Shown piece by piece: positions 45,510 through 53,882 of a stretch of 64,000 nt of DNA. Every line of letters starts with the position of its first letter. The stretch's first letter is position 1. Source of the stretch: a virus. Both the position numbers and the translations under genes were made by a program. The stretch is taken from IMG/VR virus record IMGVR_UViG_3300005747_000012, positions 65,268 through 129,267 of that record; one strand, given 5' to 3'. Under the pieces are notes generated by a model. The model did no database searches, was not told where the DNA came from, and worked only from the letters and a program-made list of their open reading frames with translations.

Positions 45510-45959
45510 TTATGGAAGTGAAGTTGCCCCATCACTTTCATCTTGCTGTCCAGACTCATCACTCAAAACAGTTCCAATATACGATATGTTGAATCTTGTA
45601 GTGCCTTTTGCCTGTTGAGCTTCACCCCAATTTGAAGGCACACAGTTTTTAACAATCATAATGTTAGCACCAGTTTGCCTATCTTCAACTTCAAGCTGAA
45701 CATTTTCAAAATTTAAAAGGTCTTGAAGTTTTGGAGCTGCTGGAAGAACATGAACACCTTGGTCAATAATTCTAAACCCAGAACAAGACACTTGAACAGC
45801 TTCATAACTAGTGATTGAAATTTCATCTGGTGAATATCTACCTAACAAATGGATAGGCTCAGTTCCAATATTAGCACCATACTGGCAAGAATCAAAAAGA
45901 CCAACGATCTGACCGCCAACTCTAACTTTTGCTCTTGCTCCGTTCATTGTTCTACTCAT
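45510..45959 (-). CDS. tail tube protein
   Basis: 149 aa beta-rich ORF directly after sheath; 'GARAKV...G..VG', 'LGRYSPDEI'. Confidence 0.82.
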   Translation of the reverse strand: MSRTMNGARAKVRVGGQIVGLFDSCQYGANIGTEPIHLLGRYSPDEISITSYEAVQVSCSGFRIIDQGVHVLPAAPKLQDLLNFENVQLEVEDRQTGANIMIVKNCVPSNWGEAQQAKGTTRFNISYIGTVLSDESGQQDESDGATSLP

Positions 45960-45982
45960 ATTATTTTCTCCTTATTTTTTAA

Positions 45983-48139
45983 TTATGCACTTGCACTTGA
46001 TTGAATCTGGCTAAGTTCAAGTTGAATTGGGATAAACAAGATTGCAGTAGCAAGTTTAGCCTCAAGTTTAACCTCAGCAATTGGGCCATTAATATTAATT
46101 TTAAGATTTTTAAATCCAAGTGGGGCATCGTCAGAAGCACCAGTAATTTTAAGCCTTTTATACACTTCCATTACTTTAGAAATATGCCCAGCCATACTAG
46201 CAGCAGTAATATCAGCAAGTGATTTACCAACTGCAAATCTTTCAAGAGATTCAGCAAGTTGAATGGCAAGAACATCAGACATATAAACCGCTTGAAGTGA
46301 ATTATAAACAAAATTAGTATCAAATCCATAAGTGGTTTGATCTACAACAAATTTGTTACCAGCAGTTTCAGCTTGTAAAAACATTAAACCAGCATCAATC
46401 GCATCCTCAACAGAACCCGGATTACCAGAATCAAACCCAGCAGGGTCTTTAAAACTAATTACATTAGCAAACTTATTAGTTAAAGACTTGTAAAAACCAG
46501 CCGATTGCATACCTGTTGCAATAGCCGCAGTATGCCATGGTTGAAATTCTACAACATTTCCAAGCGCATCAACTTGACTTGTTTTTTGAAAACAAACAAT
46601 TGATCTAAAAGAAGACAGGCTTTGCGAGTGAGCTTTAACATCAGCATAACTAGCATCTTTACTAAGCATTGCAATTCTGTTTCTTTTTAGTTTAACTGTT
46701 GACATAGCAAGTACATGAGATTTAACAGCAAAGTTAACAGCGTCAATTGTATATGTTGAACCACTATCAGTAAGACCATCAGCAATATCATCGGCAGCAT
46801 CTCTTGAAAAAAGAGGTAGTACAAAATTTACTTTAATACCTTCAAGAGCTGGTATTGCATTTACAATGTCAGCAGCAGTAGTAGCACCCTTAGTACCGTC
46901 TGCGAGATACTTAGCTTGAGCTGTTTCAACAGGAAGCCCAGCACCTACAGCAAATTCAAAGTCAACCACAGAACTTTCGGAAAGTTTAAGGGCAAAATTG
47001 TAAGCAGCTTTTTTAACTCTTCCCGGCTCACTTCCTTCTGAAGAAGCAATTCCTATGGCAGAAACTTCATCAAGCCTAAGTGGGCTTAGATTGTTAGAAG
47101 CTGCAATAGAACTTGCAGAATATCCAGCTTGCGAACTAATAAAAGAAGCAAGGTCAGACATTGTAGTGTATTCACTAAGATTAATTGATAAATTAGAACC
47201 AGAGCCACCAACTACAGTAGTAGAAAGAACGCCACTAGAAATATCAAGTGTTGCACTTGTCCCATCATAACCAACAGTAATAGCAACCTCAGCTTCTACT
47301 GCAAAAGATTCGTTGGTATTTGTATCTTGTCTTTTTACACTTAATTCAATTTCTGGCTCTTGAGATGAAACAACTAGCCCAGCCGCATGTCCAAGAACAG
47401 CTAAATCACCCGGAGTAGAGTCAATTAATTCAAAAGATTTTCCCCAGCCTTTTTCGTTAGCGTCAGCGTCAACATCAGATTGAAAAATAACGGCATCAGT
47501 AGCAGCTTCTACACAACTAAAACCAGCAGGTAATTGAGCGTCAATTTCAGCCGCTAACTTAGTTTTATCATCATGATCTGTCATGACACCACTTAAAGTA
47601 ATAACTGTTGTAGCACCACCGTTTCCAATAAAGCTAAAAGAAAGACCGTCAAAAATTGAACCATCTCCAATTACAAGATCAGCACCTTGTTTAAAAGGGC
47701 CAGCTTCGTCTTCAACCTGAGTTACCTGATAGTAATATTTTTTACCATCAATACCATAGTTTTTGTCTTTAAGAGTGCCATAATCGCCAGAAACACCATC
47801 TACGGTCGCTTCAGCTTTAGTACCACTATTAGTTTTAACAACATAAACTTTCCCTACCGAACCGGTAATTTCTGTATCGTTACTAGGAGAAACCAAAGCT
47901 CTCATAGCGTCAACAATTGGTCCTCTAAGATACTTAGCAGAAACCCTGTCAAGCTGAGTGGGTGTAAAAAAGTTGTCCTTTAGTGTTTCTTGAGTGTAGT
48001 CTGCACCACCCTCTGCTTCGCCAATAATAACAATATCTCCAGTACTGGTAATTCCAACTGGTGTAGACTTAACTGTTACTTCTGGATAGGCACCGGGAAT
48101 GTTTGTATTGACAAAACTCGTCGAAAGTCTTTGAGCCAT
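45983..48139 (-). CDS. tail sheath protein
   Basis: 718 aa; 'IPGAY', 'IIGEAEGG', 'SLTNK', 'VVDQTTY'; sheath-tube order. Confidence 0.9.
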   Translation of the reverse strand: MAQRLSTSFVNTNIPGAYPEVTVKSTPVGITSTGDIVIIGEAEGGADYTQETLKDNFFTPTQLDRVSAKYLRGPIVDAMRALVSPSNDTEITGSVGKVYVVKTNSGTKAEATVDGVSGDYGTLKDKNYGIDGKKYYYQVTQVEDEAGPFKQGADLVIGDGSIFDGLSFSFIGNGGATTVITLSGVMTDHDDKTKLAAEIDAQLPAGFSCVEAATDAVIFQSDVDADANEKGWGKSFELIDSTPGDLAVLGHAAGLVVSSQEPEIELSVKRQDTNTNESFAVEAEVAITVGYDGTSATLDISSGVLSTTVVGGSGSNLSINLSEYTTMSDLASFISSQAGYSASSIAASNNLSPLRLDEVSAIGIASSEGSEPGRVKKAAYNFALKLSESSVVDFEFAVGAGLPVETAQAKYLADGTKGATTAADIVNAIPALEGIKVNFVLPLFSRDAADDIADGLTDSGSTYTIDAVNFAVKSHVLAMSTVKLKRNRIAMLSKDASYADVKAHSQSLSSFRSIVCFQKTSQVDALGNVVEFQPWHTAAIATGMQSAGFYKSLTNKFANVISFKDPAGFDSGNPGSVEDAIDAGLMFLQAETAGNKFVVDQTTYGFDTNFVYNSLQAVYMSDVLAIQLAESLERFAVGKSLADITAASMAGHISKVMEVYKRLKITGASDDAPLGFKNLKININGPIAEVKLEAKLATAILFIPIQLELSQIQSSASA

Positions 48140-48156
48140 TTTTTTCTCCTTTATAA

Positions 48157-48432
48157 TTAAATCTTATATCCAAAATGTTTAATGCCTTTATCAAATAATT
48201 CTTTTTTATCGTGTTTAATTGTTTTCAAATGAATCCAAACCACTTCTTCTAAAGATTTATTTAGGTTTAATTTTTTACTAAGTTTTAGAAAATATTTTCT
48301 AAAATTTTCTCTTTCATCAGTTTTTTCTTCAGCTTTTTTTATTTCTTTAGCCAGAGCAATTCTTTTTTTTCTAGCTTTTTCAATTCTTTCAGCTTCAGTT
48401 TCGTTTTTTTTACTTTTTTTTCTTTCTGCCAT
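48157..48432 (-). CDS. small basic hypothetical protein
   Basis: 91 aa upstream of sheath. Confidence 0.65.
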   Translation of the reverse strand: MAERKKSKKNETEAERIEKARKKRIALAKEIKKAEEKTDERENFRKYFLKLSKKLNLNKSLEEVVWIHLKTIKHDKKELFDKGIKHFGYKI

Positions 48433-48433
48433 T

Positions 48434-50821
48434 TTACACCCCTTCTTTTTTTGAGGTTTTTTGTTTTTCCATATGTTTTTTTAGTTTTTCAACACTACTT
48501 TCTTCACTTCTTGTCATAGCTTCCATTTCTTTTCTTGAAGGTCTATAGTCTGTAAATCTATTACCCTGAAATCTATTGTCTTCTATCCTAGATTTCATTT
48601 TATTATAAGCTTTATCATTTGGCTTATTGCTTTCAAACATAGCTTTAGCATTTTTCATAGCTTTGACGTTGTTTGCTTCTTTAGCAGCTTGATAATCCCT
48701 AGAAGCTTTAACTCGATTATTCATCCTGTTATAAGCTTCATCTTTTAACCCTCGAATCTCTTTTGTGGATGGTCGAGATGCTGGCATTTCACCTCTAGCA
48801 GCCTTCATTTTTTCGACATCGGTTATATCTTTTTTGTAGTTAGTTCTACCAAAATCTTTCATGTTCATAGGCTCTTGAGCTGTTGTCGGTGCCGCAGTAG
48901 CTTGTCTTTCTGCCGGAGCAGCTTGTTTCTGAGCTGATGGTCTTTGTTTATTAGCATAATAGGCTCTTTCTGATGCCGGAGCACTTTGGCTACCTGTAAA
49001 ATCTTTTCTTCTATCGTAGTCTTCAAAAAATTTATTGCCTTTACCAGTTCCTTTTGCGGCCATATCTTTCATTTCATCTTGTGTATAAGTATTGTATTTC
49101 TTACCACCATATTGAAAAACACCACCAGCTCCAATCTCTTTTCTAGCTTGCTTAAAAGCTTGTCCAAATGATTTTGCGTTACTAATAGCATCACTGGAAT
49201 ATGGGTTTTTAATTCCATATTTATTTCCAGCTTTCTTTTGCTCAGCCGCCATATCCTTTGGAGCCGCAGGCTTTTGCTGTCCACCTCCACTCATTTCATT
49301 TAGCGTATTACCAAATTGCTTAAAAGCATCTACAGTTCTAGCTGCATCAGCAGGCTTATTATAATCAGCATTAAACTGTTCTTGAGCCTGATTATTTTTT
49401 TGTTTCATTTGTGGTGCTACAAATGGTGTAGTACCTTGGCCAGATTGACTTGGAACTCTCATGGAAGTTTGATTATACCCAGAAGGTCCGTAGTTAAAAT
49501 CTGGAACTCCAGCTTGTTGTCTAGCCGCCTGTGCTTTAGGTGTATTCATTGACATTGGTGAAAACCCTCTAGCACTCATTCCATCAGCTTGTTTTTTAAG
49601 CTCAGTCATTTCTTTTTTTTTTAGAAAGTTAGAAAGTTTTTCAGACTTCATAACTTTCATTTTGCCACATTTTTCCATTTCAGATTTTGGTGAATTTTTC
49701 TTTTCATCATCAAAATCAATGCCTTCAATTTCTTTTACTTTGTTGTCAGAATCTTTTAGTTTTTTTTCTTTAATTTCACCTTTGCCAACAGTTGGTGTTG
49801 GTGTCGGTGTTGGAGTTGGGGTTGGAGGTGTTCCTAAAATAGAACCAAATCCTTTAGCCTGTTGAGCACCTGATCCTGAAAAAAGTGGTCGTGTTTCTTC
49901 TTTTGCCAATCTTTTATATTCTACTGAGAACATGCCGGACTCAGATTTTGTAACACTCATCTCACCACATTTATCCATTGAGCCTTCACTTTTTGGAAGA
50001 TTTGACACATCTGAAATAGGTGGTTTGTTCTTTTTACTATCAGCCTGAGATTCTCTGTAAAAAGAGGCATTTTGACCTTTTTCATCTCTAACATCTTTTC
50101 CAGTAGCCGCTTTAACACCTTTTCTTTGGTCTCTTTCACTAGCTGGAGCACCTGTTTTTACACTACTAGCCATAGTAGCTGCTTGTGCATCAGTCATTTT
50201 TCTTGACTTGTCACCATAATATTTTTGTCTACCTTTTTCTTTTTGGCCTGCAATATCTTTTCTTTCTTTTTTTCTTTGTTCAAATTTTTTCTTAGACTTT
50301 CTTTTGCCTTCTTCTGCACTATCTCTTTTATTTTTTAGGTAATCGCCTTCTTTTAAATGAACACCTTTTTGCTTGGAGTCTTTTTCCCTTTTAGCCCTAA
50401 TAGTCTTTTTAGCGGCATCAGACTTTCCCTCATCAACTCTAGCTTTAGCTAATCTTTTATATTGTACTGAAAACATACCATCTTCAGACTTTGCAAATTC
50501 ATACTCGTCTTCTTCGTCTTCTTCGTCTTCTTCGTCTTCTTCTTCATAGTCTGAATCATCTTCACCCTGTAGAGGTGTATCTTCCATTTCATGGTCTTCA
50601 GACATTTCAGATTTTTCTGAATAAGAACCTTCAGCACATAGCGATTCAGGACATTCAGCCTCATCGTTATTAGGTTCACCACCAGCCTCAATTTCATGAG
50701 CTGTATTTTTAGCTTTTTCAAGAATTTCATATACTTCTTGATTATTCTCAATATTCTTTTTTAGTCTTTCGAGAAGAATTTGCGCTACTTCTACCGGTGA
50801 ATATTCATTTTTATCAGACAT
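48434..50821 (-). CDS. low-complexity modular protein, probable internal head protein
   Basis: Repeats KSE.GMFSV.YKRLAK twice and M.KCG.M twice, (EED)n, (PT)n, 'SFGQAFKQAR...FQYGGKKYNT' module; late motif upstream. Confidence 0.7.
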   Translation of the reverse strand: MSDKNEYSPVEVAQILLERLKKNIENNQEVYEILEKAKNTAHEIEAGGEPNNDEAECPESLCAEGSYSEKSEMSEDHEMEDTPLQGEDDSDYEEEDEEDEEDEEDEYEFAKSEDGMFSVQYKRLAKARVDEGKSDAAKKTIRAKREKDSKQKGVHLKEGDYLKNKRDSAEEGKRKSKKKFEQRKKERKDIAGQKEKGRQKYYGDKSRKMTDAQAATMASSVKTGAPASERDQRKGVKAATGKDVRDEKGQNASFYRESQADSKKNKPPISDVSNLPKSEGSMDKCGEMSVTKSESGMFSVEYKRLAKEETRPLFSGSGAQQAKGFGSILGTPPTPTPTPTPTPTVGKGEIKEKKLKDSDNKVKEIEGIDFDDEKKNSPKSEMEKCGKMKVMKSEKLSNFLKKKEMTELKKQADGMSARGFSPMSMNTPKAQAARQQAGVPDFNYGPSGYNQTSMRVPSQSGQGTTPFVAPQMKQKNNQAQEQFNADYNKPADAARTVDAFKQFGNTLNEMSGGGQQKPAAPKDMAAEQKKAGNKYGIKNPYSSDAISNAKSFGQAFKQARKEIGAGGVFQYGGKKYNTYTQDEMKDMAAKGTGKGNKFFEDYDRRKDFTGSQSAPASERAYYANKQRPSAQKQAAPAERQATAAPTTAQEPMNMKDFGRTNYKKDITDVEKMKAARGEMPASRPSTKEIRGLKDEAYNRMNNRVKASRDYQAAKEANNVKAMKNAKAMFESNKPNDKAYNKMKSRIEDNRFQGNRFTDYRPSRKEMEAMTRSEESSVEKLKKHMEKQKTSKKEGV

Positions 50822-50844
50822 TCTAATCCCCTAATTTTATACTA

Positions 50845-50853
50845 TAAAGATTA
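50845..50853 (-). promoter_or_regulatory. putative late promoter (TAATCTTTA)
   Basis: Exact motif heading the sheath/tube operon. Confidence 0.65.
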
Positions 50854-50902
50854 ATACAATTACAATATTTTAAAAGCAAAAATTAATAAAACCAATAACT
50901 TA

Positions 50903-52012
50903 TTAGCAATCCCATCGTTTAAGGGCAGCACCCTTTGGTGTTAGCTTGCCATCTTTACTGGTAGGCCCTTTATTCCCTGACATTCTAGCACAAAAAGATT
51001 TTCTTCTTGCCGCTTTTTTAGGTGATTTCTTAGCCTCTTTAGAAGAAACAGGAGCTTTTAAATTTGAACCAGTTTCTCTGTTAATTTTATTTCTTTCTTT
51101 TTCACTCAAACCACCTTTTTTTGAGTGTTTTTCTTTGTTATATCCGTGAAATGGTTTTTCTGAGCCTTCACTTTTTTTCTGGCAAGACCCCTCTGAATAA
51201 GGTTTTTTACCGGGCGTAGGTTCATATCCTTCCCAACATCTACCTTCTTTTTTATCCATTCCAGCATCAGCTTCATTACAAATAGCATATGCCGATGATT
51301 TATCATGTCCTTTTTTCTTAACTTTTTTTACACATCTTTCATGTGTTTTTGGGTCAGCTCCTTTTGGAACCCCTTGTTTTTTGGCCATTTCAGAAGCCGC
51401 CATTTTTTCTTCTCTGAACGGATGTTCTAAATCTTTTTTAGATGGATATTTAGGGTTTTTTACATCGGTAGGATGTTTATGGCTATCATCGTTCCTACGA
51501 GTCTTTTTACGTTGTTCAGGACCTTTTTTTGTTTTTGGAACTTTTTGTTTTTTGGCTCTTTCAACATCTTCTGATGTTGGATGTTCCAAATCTTTTTTAG
51601 ATGGATATTTAGGGTTTTTTTCTTTTCTAGAATCTTTCATTGCTTTTTTGGCTTTTGAAGCTGCCATAGCCCTATCTCTGGCTTCTTTATACGGAAATTC
51701 CTCCATTTTTTTAAGATAAGCATCTGAAATTATTTTAAAATTATTCAATACTGATTTTACAAATTTTTCAGCTTTTTCAATTTCATCATCGCAAGGAGCT
51801 ATTTCATCACATTCGCAATTGTCTTTATCTTTGCAATCGCACTCTTTATCTTTTTTTTTCATTGCAGAAGTTTTATCTGTAGCAATTAAATCTAAACTCA
51901 TTTCCGCAGTGCTATTAGAATCTAAAACATCTTTAACAGCATTTTCATGCTGAATTTTAGATTTCATAGATTTAATCAATTTATCAACTCTATTTTTTAA
52001 AAAATCGTCCAT
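50903..52012 (-). CDS. basic modular protein with DUF6321-like C-terminal domain
   Basis: 'KGGLS...TGSNLKAPV...RRKSFCARM...RWDC', 'CWEGY' and 'CVKKV...SAYAIC' modules. Confidence 0.7.
   Translation of the reverse strand: MDDFLKNRVDKLIKSMKSKIQHENAVKDVLDSNSTAEMSLDLIATDKTSAMKKKDKECDCKDKDNCECDEIAPCDDEIEKAEKFVKSVLNNFKIISDAYLKKMEEFPYKEARDRAMAASKAKKAMKDSRKEKNPKYPSKKDLEHPTSEDVERAKKQKVPKTKKGPEQRKKTRRNDDSHKHPTDVKNPKYPSKKDLEHPFREEKMAASEMAKKQGVPKGADPKTHERCVKKVKKKGHDKSSAYAICNEADAGMDKKEGRCWEGYEPTPGKKPYSEGSCQKKSEGSEKPFHGYNKEKHSKKGGLSEKERNKINRETGSNLKAPVSSKEAKKSPKKAARRKSFCARMSGNKGPTSKDGKLTPKGAALKRWDC
51419..51620. repeat. ~42 bp internal duplication (KNPKYPSKKDLEHP twice)
   Basis: Copies at about 51419-51460 and 51579-51620, one mismatch. 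Confidence 0.8.
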
Positions 52013-52033
52013 AACATACCTCTATTTAAAGAT

Positions 52034-53035
52034 TTAGTCTTCATTTTTTATAGGTGTAGTTGAGGCCCAAAACTCACATTCCGTATCAATAATTTCAGGA
52101 ACTTGGCCGCCCTCTTCATCAGAAATAACTAGTCCAACCCCTTCTATGTTTTCAAAATCAACAATATTAATCACTTCTATAATTTCTTTAGGTGCTTTTA
52201 CCCATGTATTCTCAACTTGACCTGTCATAGTAATAAATCTACTATATACATTTTCACCAATATTTTGAAAAGCATCGTTTCTAACCATATCACTAGTTTC
52301 AATATTGGATAATTGAAAATTTCTACTTTCCAAGCCGCCCTCTCTATACCTTAAGAAGCCGTACATCATAATTGAATATAACCACAACAAGGCATTTGGA
52401 TCGCCATGCACATGACATCCTATCGTAATCCTTTCCTGAAAAGTAGCAACCTCTCTTCTTGCTCTAAAAATTCTATAGTTTGGAAGTATGCCAATTTGAG
52501 ATGCAGAAATTTCAGTTCCTTCAGCAATAAAAAAACCATCATTTGATTTTTTGGTTATAGCCCACCCTTGCGCTGTACCCTCATCAAAAGCTACCATTCC
52601 CGGCTGAATAATTGTTAAATCAACTTCGGGAGGAGTTTGAAAAAAACCTGTGGCTTGATTGTAAGATGTAAAAGTAAATGGGGGAATTATATATTGAACA
52701 ACATCACCAACTTCATTTGGTTGATATTCTTGAACAAAAGGTGTTTGGTCTGATAAACGTGACAAACTTTTATCCTCAGCATTGGAGCCTATTGAAATTG
52801 TTATACATGGCATTTTTTCCATGTCCATTCTGTGAGGTAAAAATATAGATATTTCGTTTTCTTGTATCCATTTTCTGGCATTTTCAATTTCTTTTTGACC
52901 GTAGATACCCGATAGCATAGGGTCATTTACAAAATCAGACAAAATATCATCAAGTAACCAAGACTCTTCTCTAATATCGTTTAATATAAGTTCAATGATT
53001 CTTCTAAAGAAAACATCACCTTGCCATATAGAAAT
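52034..53035 (-). CDS. putative tail completion/neck protein; probable ATT start
   Basis: Frame open 31 codons above the TTG (ISIWQGDVFFRRIIELIL...); GGGGG RBS 6 nt before ATT 53035; in-frame TAA just upstream. Confidence 0.65.
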   Translation of the reverse strand: MSIWQGDVFFRRIIELILNDIREESWLLDDILSDFVNDPMLSGIYGQKEIENARKWIQENEISIFLPHRMDMEKMPCITISIGSNAEDKSLSRLSDQTPFVQEYQPNEVGDVVQYIIPPFTFTSYNQATGFFQTPPEVDLTIIQPGMVAFDEGTAQGWAITKKSNDGFFIAEGTEISASQIGILPNYRIFRARREVATFQERITIGCHVHGDPNALLWLYSIMMYGFLRYREGGLESRNFQLSNIETSDMVRNDAFQNIGENVYSRFITMTGQVENTWVKAPKEIIEVINIVDFENIEGVGLVISDEEGGQVPEIIDTECEFWASTTPIKNED

Positions 53036-53071
53036 AAATTACCCCCTGCAATCTAATTATGTCTATCTTAT

Positions 53072-53080
53072 ATAATATCA
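53072..53080 (-). promoter_or_regulatory. extended -10 promoter (TGATATTAT)
   Basis: Recurring motif. Confidence 0.6.
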
Positions 53081-53881
53081 TTATTTTTTTTCATATTTTG
53101 CTTTTAGTTCTGGCAAAATTTTTGATTGCCAAGTTTGCTCAACCCACCTAAACACATCTTTCATGACTTCTTTTTTGGGTTTATTAGCTGGGTACTGCCA
53201 TTTACCAGAATTTCTATGTTTTTCTGATATTACTCTAAAAGTCATAATATTTCTTTCAACTCTTTTAGTTTGTGGGTTAAAATTTTGATAAATACTTAAC
53301 CCCTGAAGATTACGAGAAAGTCCTTCAACACTTTTTTTACCATTTTCTCTCATTTTTTTTATGTCAAAACTATGTATTCTACCAATTCTGGGGCTTCCTT
53401 TCTCATCTAAAGCCAAAGCTCTTGTTTTGCTATACCTTATGTTTTCTTTTCTTAAAAAAGTTTTAAGCTCATTTATTGCAGCTTCACCAGAACTTGAGGT
53501 ACTTTTTTTAGTGGTTGATTTTTCAAACGGAATAACTCTATATTTATGGCCTTCCTTACTAACTTTTGGAGGTGAGCCGCTTTTATGATTAAGCAGTTCT
53601 TCCATAAAACCACCTTTTTTTCCGTTTTCAATCCAAAAAGCTTCTTCTTTTATACCAATTTCAACCGCATTCTCTGATAATTTTTTTATATACAAATTTT
53701 TCTTATAAATACTACTTAATTCAGTAGACATTTTTTGGTCGGCAATATTGTGAGCTTGCTGGTAAGCCCCTTGGCCAATTGCTTGTGTTGCTGCTTGAAG
53801 GTCTTTTTTAATATTTTCAATAACCTTTTTAGCTTGATTACTTATATCTCCCTCTGTCTTTATTTCAATTTCAAGTTTCAC
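53081..53881 (-). CDS. putative neck/tail-completion protein
   Basis: 'WIENG', 'YRVIPF', 'MTFRVIS...W.YP'; structural region. Confidence 0.55.
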   Translation of the reverse strand: MKLEIEIKTEGDISNQAKKVIENIKKDLQAATQAIGQGAYQQAHNIADQKMSTELSSIYKKNLYIKKLSENAVEIGIKEEAFWIENGKKGGFMEELLNHKSGSPPKVSKEGHKYRVIPFEKSTTKKSTSSSGEAAINELKTFLRKENIRYSKTRALALDEKGSPRIGRIHSFDIKKMRENGKKSVEGLSRNLQGLSIYQNFNPQTKRVERNIMTFRVISEKHRNSGKWQYPANKPKKEVMKDVFRWVEQTWQSKILPELKAKYEKK

Positions 53882-53882
53882 A

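Noticed and set aside
45297-45512. Stop read-through from the tail tube into the in-frame endonuclease relic
   Set aside because: The frame is open, but the stop is TAA and a strong terminator intervenes; coincidence is likely
49790-50545. Short tandem repeats as CRISPR or regulatory arrays
   Set aside because: In-frame coding repeats for (PT)n and (EED)n with no unique spacers; no CRISPR array or cas gene seen in the window
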